Source: Candidatus Hodarchaeota archaeon
GTDB taxonomy: Archaea; Asgardarchaeota; Heimdallarchaeia; Hodarchaeales; Hodarchaeaceae
Direction: 5' to 3'
DNA: 11,853 bases
Assembly: GCA_029856365.1 (NCBI GenBank)
Contig: JAHQWW010000121.1
Location: forward strand, 1-11,853
Part shown: positions 1 through 11,213 of the stretch, in pieces
Layout: each line of letters begins with the position of its first letter
Numbering within the stretch: position 1 is the stretch's first letter
The notes under the pieces: model-generated
What the model was told of the DNA's origin: nothing
Databases searched by the model: none
What the model saw: only the letters and a program-made list of their open reading frames with translations
Position numbers and translations under genes: made by a program

Positions 1-654
1 AAAAAAGAATTACCACAATATGCGCAAGACTATATTGAAATGGTAATAAAACTTACTGCAGACCATGGCCCAGCTGTAAGTGGTGCACACAATGCGATAA
101 TAACAGCTAGAGCTGGTAGAGATCTTATGTCCTCACTGTCGAGTGGAATCTTGACAATTGGTCCCCGATTTGGTGGTGCTATTTCTGATGCAGCCAAGTA
201 TATCAAAGAGGCAGTTGATAAAGGTATGAAACCTGTTGATTTTGTCGACTACATGAAAAATGTTGTAGGGATCAATATCCCTGGGATTGGTCATAGAATA
301 AAGTCGGTCCAGAATCCAGATGTTCGTGTTACACTCCTAAAAGAATTTGTCTTCAAACACTTTGAGAAACATCCACACCTCGATTTTTCTCTAGAAGTAG
401 AGAAAATAACTACTGCCAAGCGAAACAATCTTATCCTGAATGTTGACGGATGTATAGGAATTTGCTTCTTGGATCTCCTTTTAAATCTCGGTTTAACTGA
501 TGATGAGATACAGGATGTAATTGACAGTGAGCTGCTTAACGGATTATTCGTTCTTGGCAGATCTATTGGTATGATGGGGCACATCTTTGACCAGAAACGT
601 CAAAGAGCTGCACTTTATCGCCAACCGTGGGACGAGATTCTGTTTGCGGACTAA
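1..654 (+). CDS. aclA: ATP-citrate lyase large (alpha) subunit, C-terminal citryl-CoA lyase / citrate-synthase-homology domain; 5'-truncated by the window edge
   Basis: Frame is open from base 1 (KKELPQYAQDYIEM...), so the ATG at 40 is internal. ACL-specific motifs: TADHGPAVSGAHN, GPRFGGA, GIGHRIKS..NPD.RV, LEVEKITT.K..NLILNVDG, LNGLFVLGRSIG..GH..DQKR and LYRQPWDEI. Stop TAA at 652-654. Confidence 0.93.
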   Translation, partial: KKELPQYAQDYIEMVIKLTADHGPAVSGAHNAIITARAGRDLMSSLSSGILTIGPRFGGAISDAAKYIKEAVDKGMKPVDFVDYMKNVVGINIPGIGHRIKSVQNPDVRVTLLKEFVFKHFEKHPHLDFSLEVEKITTAKRNNLILNVDGCIGICFLDLLLNLGLTDDEIQDVIDSELLNGLFVLGRSIGMMGHIFDQKRQRAALYRQPWDEILFAD

Positions 655-660
655 AATCCC

Positions 661-674
661 TTTTTTTCTTTTTT
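661..674 (+). terminator. Oligo-T tract, archaeal-type terminator candidate after aclA
   Basis: TTTTTTTCTTTTTT begins 7 nt after the stop codon with no preceding GC hairpin. Confidence 0.5.
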
Positions 675-699
675 AACAAGACCTAAAAATAATTAATTA

Positions 700-736
700 G
701 AAGAAGAATTATAACAATTTAAAAGGCGGTATATTT
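700..736 (+). promoter_or_regulatory. Putative BRE/TATA promoter and ribosome-binding region of icd
   Basis: Purine-rich GAAGAAGAA followed by TTATAA (709-714) about 25 nt upstream of the ATG, a second TTTAAAA at 718-724, and an SD-like AGGCGG at 724-729. Confidence 0.35.
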
Positions 737-1930
737 ATGTCTGAAGAAAATATAAAAAAAGCAACAGAGCATTTTGAAAAACTTGTAAGAGAACAATTAG
801 AACGCGTTGAAAGAATGAAAACTGAGCCAGATTGGACAGATTTCAGCACATTGAAACCTATCATCATCGGTGCATGTGGTGGAGATGGGATTGGGCCTGA
901 AATAACTAAACATGCAGTAAAAATCCTAAACTTTCTTTTAGAAGATGAAATTAAGTCAGGAAAAGTTGAAGTCCGAATGATAGAAGGGTTAACCATCGAA
1001 AACAGAGTTAAAGTAATGAAAGCCATTCCAGACGACGTGCTAGAAGAACTTAAGAAATGTTATGTTATTCTTAAAGGACCTACTACAACTCCTTGGAAGG
1101 GTTCCCCCTGGCCAAACATTGAATCTGCAAACGTGGCTATGCGTCGAGAACTAGACCTTTTTGCTAATGTGCGACCTGTTAGAGTTCCAGAAAAGAACAT
1201 TGATTGGATGTTTTACCGAGAAAATACTGAAGGTGCTTACGTTCTCGGCTCAAAAGGTGTTGAAGTTTCTGATGACTTGGCAATCGACTTCAAAGTTATT
1301 ACAAACCAAGGTTCAGATCGGATTATCCGAGCAGCATTCGAGTATGCGAAGAAGAACAATATCAATAAAGTCACAGTGGTTACGAAAGCCAATGTTGTTA
1401 AAAAAACCGATGGGAAATTTCTTGCAATTGCAGAAGAAGTGGCAAAAGATTATCCAGAAGTAGAATGGGACGATTGGTATATCGATATTATGACAGCCAA
1501 ATTAATAGACCCGGCCCGACAAAGTTCCTTCCGAGTAATTACTGCTCCGAACCTTTATGGTGATATAATTACTGATGAAGCAGCCCAGATTCAAGGAGGA
1601 CTCGGGACAGCAGGTGCAGCTAATATTGGTAAGAGATATTCCATGTTTGAAGCAGTTCATGGTTCAGGTCTTCGAATGGTCGATGAAGGCCGTGTCCAAT
1701 ATGCTGATCCAACTAGCATCATAAAAGCCACTGCTATGCTCTTGAATCACATTGGTTTTACAGCCAAAGCTAACAAATTGGATAAAGCCTTAGATATTTG
1801 CTCCCAATATGAAAAGCGAATTACTTGCACTGGACGAGACACTGGTTGTACTGGTGATGAATTCGCTGATTATATCAATGAGACACTCATAGATCTCAAT
1901 CTGGAAGAGAAATGGCAGAGTTATCAATAA
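737..1930 (+). CDS. icd: Isocitrate dehydrogenase (isocitrate/isopropylmalate dehydrogenase family)
   Basis: Motifs GDGIGPEI; KGPTTTP...ESANVAMRRELDLFANVRP (the Ser-x-Asn-xxx-Arg isocitrate-binding pattern of IDH, not the IPMDH pattern); RENTEGAY; KAN; IDIM; PNLYGDIITD; FEAVHGS. Flanked by ACL and aconitase. Homoisocitrate dehydrogenase activity cannot be fully excluded. Confidence 0.82.
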   Translation: MSEENIKKATEHFEKLVREQLERVERMKTEPDWTDFSTLKPIIIGACGGDGIGPEITKHAVKILNFLLEDEIKSGKVEVRMIEGLTIENRVKVMKAIPDDVLEELKKCYVILKGPTTTPWKGSPWPNIESANVAMRRELDLFANVRPVRVPEKNIDWMFYRENTEGAYVLGSKGVEVSDDLAIDFKVITNQGSDRIIRAAFEYAKKNNINKVTVVTKANVVKKTDGKFLAIAEEVAKDYPEVEWDDWYIDIMTAKLIDPARQSSFRVITAPNLYGDIITDEAAQIQGGLGTAGAANIGKRYSMFEAVHGSGLRMVDEGRVQYADPTSIIKATAMLLNHIGFTAKANKLDKALDICSQYEKRITCTGRDTGCTGDEFADYINETLIDLNLEEKWQSYQ

Positions 1931-1939
1931 ATTCTCTAC

Positions 1940-1947
1940 TTTTTTTT
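1940..1947 (+). terminator. Oligo-T terminator candidate after icd
   Basis: T8 run starting 10 nt after the TAA stop. Confidence 0.5.
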
Positions 1948-1998
1948 ATTTCATTATTATTGAAGAATTATTCTTTTTCTTAAATAATGAATTATTAA

Positions 1999-2227
1999 AT
2001 GAATGAAATCAATACTTCCAATGAAACGGTAAGCAATACAAGGAAACAAAAAAAATGTTATCTCTTATTCTCCTTGAATTTCATGCAATTAAGAATATAA
2101 AAAAAGCAATAACAATACTATGGAACAGTAAATAACTGTACTAACTACTCATATATATAAAAAAATTCCAATAATCACTTATTGGGTATCCTACATACAA
2201 GCTTTAAGATAAGTTATTTATTGTCAT
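1999..2227 (-). pseudogene. Degraded N-terminal fragment of a MASE3-domain membrane sensor gene
   Basis: Minus-strand translation from 2158 reads IYMSS*YSYLLFHSIVIAFFIFLIA*NSRRIRDNIF. After a frameshift in the T8 run (2055-2048) it continues LFPCIAYRFIGSIDFIH. This matches, from recall, the MASE3 start LYxxSLYxYLLFHSLAExFSIVIAxxIFxIAWNSRRxxxNxYFLFLGIAYxFxGxxDxxH. An in-frame ATG lies at 2227, with a further stop 7 codons later. Confidence 0.72.
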
Positions 2228-2297
2228 CGATCTTAATTTACAAAATTCTATAGAGAAGAAATCTCAAAATTAAAAGGATTAAATGTATAATTATTGT

Positions 2298-2304
2298 AAA
2301 AAAA
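2298..2304 (-). terminator. Oligo-T terminator candidate after aconitase
   Basis: The minus strand reads CTTCCCCCACTTTTTTT about 20 nt after the TAA stop. Confidence 0.45.
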
Positions 2305-2324
2305 GTGGGGGAAGTTGATAAAGT

Positions 2325-4259
2325 TTATGTTGAAGCCACTGTGTAACTTAGTTTACCTCCCGTAAGGACTATTTGACGTTCACGTTCAGAGAGATCATAA
2401 GTGGTTTCGATTTCAAATCCTTGAGTCACATTACGAACAATGATTTTTTCATTGTTTTCTAATGCATTCCGTACTCCTTTGATCTCTAGCACATCATTGT
2501 CATTTATTTTATCGTAATCAGCACTGTTAGAAAATGTTAGAGGTAAGATACCGAAATTTACTAGATTATCTCTGTGAATTCGTGCAAAAGACTTTGTAAG
2601 AACAAATTTGACCCCAAGATACATCGGAGCTAATGCTGCGTGTTCCCTACTAGAACCTTGTCCGTAATTTTCTCCACCAATAATAAGACCCCCACCATTT
2701 TCCTTACTTTCTAAAGCTCTTTTAGGAAAAGAAGGATCAACTTGTTCGAAAACATGTTCACTGATCTTAGGGAGGTTTGATCTTAAAGGTAAAATTTCAG
2801 CTCCTGCTGGCATTATATGATCTGTTGTTATATTGTCTTCGACTTTGAGAAGAACTTTAGTGCCAATGAAATCCTCTGGAACTGGTTGAAATTCTGGTAA
2901 TGGCGCAATATTTGGGCCTCTCATAATTTCAACCTCTTCTGGTTTATCAGCTGGTTCAAGAATTAATGAATCATCGATTTCAATAGATGATGGCATTTCT
3001 ATTTTAGGATAATCTCCCAATTTACGTGGATCCGTAAATTCTCCAAATATAGCCGCGGCAACAGCAACTTCTGGACTAACTAGATACGCTTGAGCGCTTT
3101 TGGTTCCACTTCTACCCAGAAAATTCCTGTTAAATGTTCGAACTGTTGTAGCATTTGTCTTTGGTGCGAACCCCATTCCGATACATGGACCGCAAGCTGT
3201 TTCTAATAATCTGGCTCCTGCACTTATCATATCAGTAAGTCCACCAGTTTTAGATAAGTGCATGAGAACTTGCCGTGATCCTGGTGATATGCCTAATACA
3301 GTATTTTGATGTATTTTTCGTCCTTTTAAAAGAGTAGCCACAGTTAGCATATCTTTCAATGAACTATTGGTACAAGATCCGATTGCTACTTGGTCAACTG
3401 TCGTACCATATAATTCTGAAAGTGGTACAACATTACCAGGACTGTGGGGTTTTGCTACTAAGGGTTCAAGTTCTGAGAGATTAATTTCAATTATTTCATC
3501 AAAGTCCTCGTTAGTTCCTTCAGGAATCTCAACCCATTGGTCTTCCCTGTCTTGAAGTTTTAGGAATTCTTTTGTAATTTCGTCTGAAGGAAAAATCGAT
3601 GTTGTTGCACCTGTTTCAGCACCCATATTCGTAATTGTTGCTCGTTCAGGAACAGATAATGTTTTTATTCCTGGACCATAATATTCTAGAATTTTACCTA
3701 CCCCACCTTTCACACCTATTCTACGAAGGACTTCTAGAATGACATCTTTGGCTGAAACGTAATCTTTTAATTCTCCAGTTAATTTCACTCCCACGATCGT
3801 TGGTGTTTTAAGATAAAATGGACCACCACCCATTGCAACTGCGACGTCAAGTCCTCCAGCACCAATGGCTATCGCTCCAGTACCTCCTGCTGTTGGAGTA
3901 TGGGAGTCAGATCCTATTAAAGTCTTACCTGGTCTTGAGAAACGCTCAAGAAATACTTGATGAATTATCCCATTTCCTGGCCGTGAGAATTTTATCCCAT
4001 ATTTAGCAGCAACGCTTTGTAAATAACGATGATCATCAGGATTTTTAAAGTCTGTTTGTAAGGTATTATGGTCTACAACGGATACAGATAATTCAGTTTT
4101 TACTTTATCAAGCCCCATTGCCTCAAATTGTAAATATGCCATTGTTCCAGTTGCATCTTGAGTGACCGTCTGATCGATTCGAATTCCAATTTCTTCTCCA
4201 ACTTCATATTTTCCCTCAACAATGTGTTCTTCTAATATTTTCTTCGCGATTGATCCCAT
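2325..4259 (-). CDS. acnA: Aconitate hydratase (compact ~640-aa single-chain type)
   Basis: Motifs QDATGTMA, DHN, GNGIIHQV, GSDSHTPT and TNMGAETGATTS. [4Fe-4S] ligands in GSCTN and ACGPCIGMG; TFNRNF.GR. C-terminal swivel domain with ITTDHIMPAG and NYGQGSSREHAAL. SD-like GAAGGT upstream. Confidence 0.92.
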   Translation of the reverse strand: MGSIAKKILEEHIVEGKYEVGEEIGIRIDQTVTQDATGTMAYLQFEAMGLDKVKTELSVSVVDHNTLQTDFKNPDDHRYLQSVAAKYGIKFSRPGNGIIHQVFLERFSRPGKTLIGSDSHTPTAGGTGAIAIGAGGLDVAVAMGGGPFYLKTPTIVGVKLTGELKDYVSAKDVILEVLRRIGVKGGVGKILEYYGPGIKTLSVPERATITNMGAETGATTSIFPSDEITKEFLKLQDREDQWVEIPEGTNEDFDEIIEINLSELEPLVAKPHSPGNVVPLSELYGTTVDQVAIGSCTNSSLKDMLTVATLLKGRKIHQNTVLGISPGSRQVLMHLSKTGGLTDMISAGARLLETACGPCIGMGFAPKTNATTVRTFNRNFLGRSGTKSAQAYLVSPEVAVAAAIFGEFTDPRKLGDYPKIEMPSSIEIDDSLILEPADKPEEVEIMRGPNIAPLPEFQPVPEDFIGTKVLLKVEDNITTDHIMPAGAEILPLRSNLPKISEHVFEQVDPSFPKRALESKENGGGLIIGGENYGQGSSREHAALAPMYLGVKFVLTKSFARIHRDNLVNFGILPLTFSNSADYDKINDNDVLEIKGVRNALENNEKIIVRNVTQGFEIETTYDLSERERQIVLTGGKLSYTVAST

Positions 4260-4688
4260 AACATATTACCTTCTTTTTACAGGTTTTTTAGATTGCAGTG
4301 AGCTATTGTTTTTGTATGTAGCTCGAATTGAGAAATTCTTGTAATTTTTTAAATTTTTTTTCTCTTATCTTTGAGGAGAGATTCGAAATGCTTTTTGGGC
4401 AGTTTACTATTATTAATAAAAGAGAAGGCTGATTTTATGGAAATTTTCTGAAATTCATTAAAATAAAGGACCTCTATTGGATATTTACAAACTATCATAA
4501 AAGATAACAATATTTCCTTTCCCCATCAGCACATTCTTAAGCAAATAATACAAAGAAATAATATTTATTTATCATATTGTTTCATAATATTCTGTTAATT
4601 GATTAATAATGATTGTATCAAAGTTAAAAAATATAAAAATTTAATCATTAAACAAAAAACATGAATGAGCTTATACTGTATGAAAAGA

Positions 4689-4714
4689 GTAGGAAGGTCA
4701 GCTGAGGATCCTAC
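4689..4714. other. Imperfect 26-bp palindrome (hairpin terminator of lacZ, or an operator)
   Basis: GTAGGA-AGG-TCAG|CTGA-GGA-TCCTAC, 10/13 symmetric positions. On the minus strand it is followed by TCTTTT, about 85 nt downstream of the lacZ stop. Confidence 0.4.
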
Positions 4715-4797
4715 CTTTAAACAATTATTTAATCTAGAGTTGGCAACCATAACAAAAGAAGCCAAATTTAAGTTCTATCACTAATATAAATATTTAA

Positions 4798-7914
<3,117 letters not shown>

Positions 7915-8147
7915 TCATCAACAACCTGTGAATTCTAATCTAATAATGCATTCATGACGTTATTAAACTTATTTCGATATTATGCAAAAAATAATCCCTG
8001 AAATCTTTCTACATAAAGGGAGCTAGACCTGTATAATTCACAAAAAAATCTCAGAGTCACAAACCTCATTTTCTAGTTATATTCTGCTAAAACTTTAAAA
8101 TATTTTTTTATAAAACATCCACAATCAAGTAAGGTTGGTTAAAAACT

Positions 8148-8615
8148 GTGAGTAACCAAAAAAGAATCGAATTTTACAAGGATCAAGTTAAGTTAGAGAA
8201 CACAATTGTTGAAAAAGCTGAAAATGCTGTTCGAGGTTTGGAGAACATTCTCATTCGTGAATTGATTCTGGGGATTGCTCTAGACTCAAAAAAGCATGCA
8301 GGTATGTTGAATGCGCTGGTTAGCATTTATACTAAACCAACTCCCTCTGTAGCAGAGGAATTTGGAGATGAACTAAAAAAAGCAATTGCAGAACATATTG
8401 AACTAGAACAGCAAGCTATAGATACTTACCAAGAAAAACTGGAAACATCGGATAACGAAAGTGAGAGAATCATCATTAAAGCAATACTTAACGATGAAAA
8501 AAAACACCATAAACTCTTAACAACAATTCAAAAAATGATTGTGGAGAAACTAACTTTATCAGAAAAGGAATTATGGGAGATGGTAGAAGACAGCTATTTT
8601 GATTTTGGGGAATAG
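8148..8615 (+). CDS. Ferritin-like (rubrerythrin-superfamily) four-helix-bundle protein
   Basis: All-helical 155-aa protein with a two-fold internal repeat: KLE...IALDSKKH and HIELE...ILNDEKKH (E...ExxH di-iron pattern). GTG start; TATA-like TTTATAAA at 8107-8114. Confidence 0.75.
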   Translation: MSNQKRIEFYKDQVKLENTIVEKAENAVRGLENILIRELILGIALDSKKHAGMLNALVSIYTKPTPSVAEEFGDELKKAIAEHIELEQQAIDTYQEKLETSDNESERIIIKAILNDEKKHHKLLTTIQKMIVEKLTLSEKELWEMVEDSYFDFGE

Positions 8616-8645
8616 AACGCTTACACTTTTAGAGCTCTTATACTT

Positions 8646-8667
8646 GGAGATTCTCTCCCATTTTTTT
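8646..8667 (+). terminator. Short hairpin plus T7, terminator candidate for the ferritin-like gene
   Basis: GGAGA-TTC-TCTCC followed by CA-TTTTTTT. Confidence 0.45.
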
Positions 8668-8743
8668 CAATGCTTTACAACGGTGTTAAATCATCTTTAT
8701 TTTTTGTTAATTTACTTCTGTAAGTGATAAGTAGTTTGCTTTG

Positions 8744-8762
8744 AAAAAATTAAAAAGAAAAA
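8744..8762 (-). terminator. T-rich terminator candidate ending the korB-hdrA transcript
   Basis: The minus strand reads TTTTTCTTTTTAATTTTTT about 45 nt after the hdrA stop, facing the convergent ferritin-like gene. Confidence 0.45.
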
Positions 8763-8804
8763 TCCCAACCCTTGTTCACTCAGATATGTCTCTGTTGTAG
8801 AAAA

Positions 8805-11195
8805 TCAAGCTGTAGCTTTCGCCTCTTTATGGACTACTTCATGGTTTTTTCGAGCAATTTTACTCATTTCTGTGACAACATCTGCAAATTTCTTCCCTTC
8901 GGCAGCAGACATCCATTCAATGATAAACCGTTCATCAGCAATACCTTGTTTTTTCATCCAGCGGCGAATCTTTTTATCACGTTTCAACGCCCAATCATTC
9001 CCAGAAATGTAATGACAGTCTTGAGGATGACAACCAGTCAGCATTACGGCGCCTGCCCCACGTTCAAATGCACGTTTTATAAAATCAACATCGACACGAC
9101 CCGAACACATTGTACGGACAATTCTAGAATTGGTTGGGTACTGAATTCGACTAGTGCCGGCTAGGTCAGCACCTCCGTATGAACACCAGTTACAGGCAAA
9201 GATCATTACTTTCTCTGAGGCGTTGTCTCTAAGGGCAATGTCCACTTGCCGCATGATCATCGCATCTGTAAAATTGGTCATTGTAATAGCATCTTTCGGG
9301 CAATCTGCAGCACATGTTCCACAACCCTTGCATAAGATGGGATTAACATGAGCAGGAGTCTTCTTTTTCTTATCCACACTAATAGCATTGTAAGGACATC
9401 GTTTAGCACAGGTACCGCAGGAATTACAAAGTTCAGCATCAACATAGGCATATAAGGGTGCAACAGTAAACTCTCCTTTAGCAAGCAACCTTGTGACTCG
9501 TCCTGCTGCAGCACTGGCTTGCGTTACACATTCTCGAATGTCTTTCGGAGCTTCTGCACCACCAGCTATGAAAACACCATCAGTCGGAGTATCAACTGGT
9601 TTTAATTTGGGGTGAGCTTCAATATAAAACCCTTTAGGATCACGAGAAACTGGAAATGGAATAGGATATGGTGAACCCTCTGCTCCAACAGAGAGAACCA
9701 CAAGATCAAATTCTTTAGTTAGAAGTTTTCCTGATTGTGTATCTTCAACGGACACGAGAAGATTGTTGTTTCCTGGATTCTCTTCTATCAAACCTGGCCG
9801 GCCACGGATGAAATGGACTCCTTCTTCTCTTGAACGGGTATAAAGCTCTTCGAAACCTTTTCCAAAGGCTCGAATATCCATATAAAACACGGAAATGTCT
9901 ACATCAGGCCAATGCTCTTTAATCAAAAGACTGTCCTTTATAACTTCCATACAACAGAAGTTACTACAGTATGGATTAAATCGAACGTCTCTTGATCCAA
10001 CACAATTGATAAATGCAACACTTTTCGGGGGTTTGAGATCACTCGGGCGGACAAGTTCACCAGAAGTAGGACCAGCTGCATTAATCAATCGTTCAAATTC
10101 GAATGTTGTTACCACATTGGGATAACTTCCCCAACCATATTCTGGTATTTTCGAGGCATCAAAAATCTGAAAACCTGTAGCAATGATTATGGAACCCACT
10201 TTGAAGTTGTAAACCTTTTCAGTGTCTTCATAATTAATAGCCTCTTTATCGCACGTCGTAGTACATTTGCCACATGCTAATGGAGAAAGACCAAGACAGT
10301 TTTCAGTATCTATTAGGTAAGCTGCTGGAACAGATTGGGGATATGGAATATAAATTGCTTTCCTCCAACCTAGGTTACCAGAATATTCATCAATGACATT
10401 TACAGGACAAATGTCAATACAATCATTGCAAGCGGTACAAAGGTCTTCGTCTACATACCGTGGTTGCTTCGTAATAGTGACTTCGAAGTTTCCCACATAC
10501 CCATCGATATGTGTTACCTCCGCACTCGCAATCAAGTTGATATTGGGATGATTACCTACATCAGCCATTTTTGGGCCAAGAATACAGATTGAACAGTCCA
10601 TGGTGGGGAAGGTTTTGTCAATTAACGCCATTTTCCCTCCAATTGTCGGACTTTTCTCGACCATGATGACTTCATAATCATCAGCCAAATCTAACGCAGC
10701 TTGAATTCCCGCTACTCCCCCACCAATGATTAATACTCTTTTCTCAACAGGGACGATGATTTCATCAACAGCTTCTAATAATTCAGCTTTGGCTATTGCC
10801 ATTTCAGTTAATTCTTTGGCTTTTAATGTAGCCTCTTCTTTTTCGTGAAGGTGTACCCAAGAACAATGCTCTCTGATGTTAGCAACCTCAACCACTTCTG
10901 GATTCATTCCAAGACGTCTTAACAAGTTCTTCCACGTTGGAAGATGCAATCTTGGGGAACAGGCAGAGATTACTACTCTTTCTATTCCCTGTTCTTTAAT
11001 GGCTTCTTCGATCTCAACCTGTCCTGGATCTGAACAGGTATAGGTGTTTACCTGCACCAGTTTTACTCCTGGTAACTGCTCAACTTCTTTAGCGATTTCA
11101 TCAATATTGACAGTTCCACCGATATTCTTCCCACATTTACAGAGAAAAACACCAATTTTAGATTCATTTGTTGGTTGATCTACACTTTCGGTCAT
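8805..11195 (-). CDS. hdrA: Heterodisulfide reductase subunit A-like flavoprotein fused to a C-terminal MvhD/FlpD [2Fe-2S] domain
   Basis: N-terminal IGVFLCKCG.NI, TCS..GQ, ACSPR.H and NIREHCSWVH. FAD motif IIGGGVAG; DKTFPTMDCSICIL. Inserted ferredoxin (CTACNDCIDICP; CLG....CGKCTTTC). FEFER; CVGSRD...YCSNFCCMEVIK. C-terminal ferredoxin (CNSCGTCAKRCP, CKGCGTCAADCP). MvhD part: FACNWCSYGGADLAG, RTMCSGRVD, GCHPQDCHY, EWMSAAEG. ATG at 11195 preferred over GTG at 11204 because GTGAT then serves as SD. Confidence 0.93.
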   Translation of the reverse strand: MTESVDQPTNESKIGVFLCKCGKNIGGTVNIDEIAKEVEQLPGVKLVQVNTYTCSDPGQVEIEEAIKEQGIERVVISACSPRLHLPTWKNLLRRLGMNPEVVEVANIREHCSWVHLHEKEEATLKAKELTEMAIAKAELLEAVDEIIVPVEKRVLIIGGGVAGIQAALDLADDYEVIMVEKSPTIGGKMALIDKTFPTMDCSICILGPKMADVGNHPNINLIASAEVTHIDGYVGNFEVTITKQPRYVDEDLCTACNDCIDICPVNVIDEYSGNLGWRKAIYIPYPQSVPAAYLIDTENCLGLSPLACGKCTTTCDKEAINYEDTEKVYNFKVGSIIIATGFQIFDASKIPEYGWGSYPNVVTTFEFERLINAAGPTSGELVRPSDLKPPKSVAFINCVGSRDVRFNPYCSNFCCMEVIKDSLLIKEHWPDVDISVFYMDIRAFGKGFEELYTRSREEGVHFIRGRPGLIEENPGNNNLLVSVEDTQSGKLLTKEFDLVVLSVGAEGSPYPIPFPVSRDPKGFYIEAHPKLKPVDTPTDGVFIAGGAEAPKDIRECVTQASAAAGRVTRLLAKGEFTVAPLYAYVDAELCNSCGTCAKRCPYNAISVDKKKKTPAHVNPILCKGCGTCAADCPKDAITMTNFTDAMIMRQVDIALRDNASEKVMIFACNWCSYGGADLAGTSRIQYPTNSRIVRTMCSGRVDVDFIKRAFERGAGAVMLTGCHPQDCHYISGNDWALKRDKKIRRWMKKQGIADERFIIEWMSAAEGKKFADVVTEMSKIARKNHEVVHKEAKATA

Positions 11196-11213
11196 TGTAA
11201 TCACTTATTACCA

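Noticed and set aside
2081-2143. In-frame TGA/TAG in the MASE3 remnant as possible stop-codon recoding (selenocysteine, pyrrolysine or alternative code)
   Set aside because: The same segment also has a frameshift, a deletion and a truncation, and TGA and TAG terminate intact genes in this window, so decay is the simpler explanation.
4291-4306. CAGTGA hexamer upstream of aconitase resembling an iron-responsive-element loop
   Set aside because: It lies on the strand opposite the aconitase mRNA, the flanks do not form the 5-bp stem, and there is no bulged C.
2191-4321. 10-bp inverted repeat CTACATACAA (2191-2200) / TTGTATGTAG (4312-4321) bracketing aconitase
   Set aside because: Does not extend, has no target-site duplication or nearby recombinase, and is plausible by chance in AT-rich DNA.
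4349-4498. 49-codon minus-strand ORF (MIVCKYPIEVLYF...KRKKI) upstream of aconitase
   Set aside because: No recognisable motif or clear SD, and it overlaps the likely aconitase promoter; cannot be supported without homology or ribosome profiling.
4680-4784. 34-codon plus-strand ORF (MKRVGRSAEDPTFKQLF...)
   Set aside because: Too short, no recognisable homology, and overlaps the palindrome downstream of lacZ.
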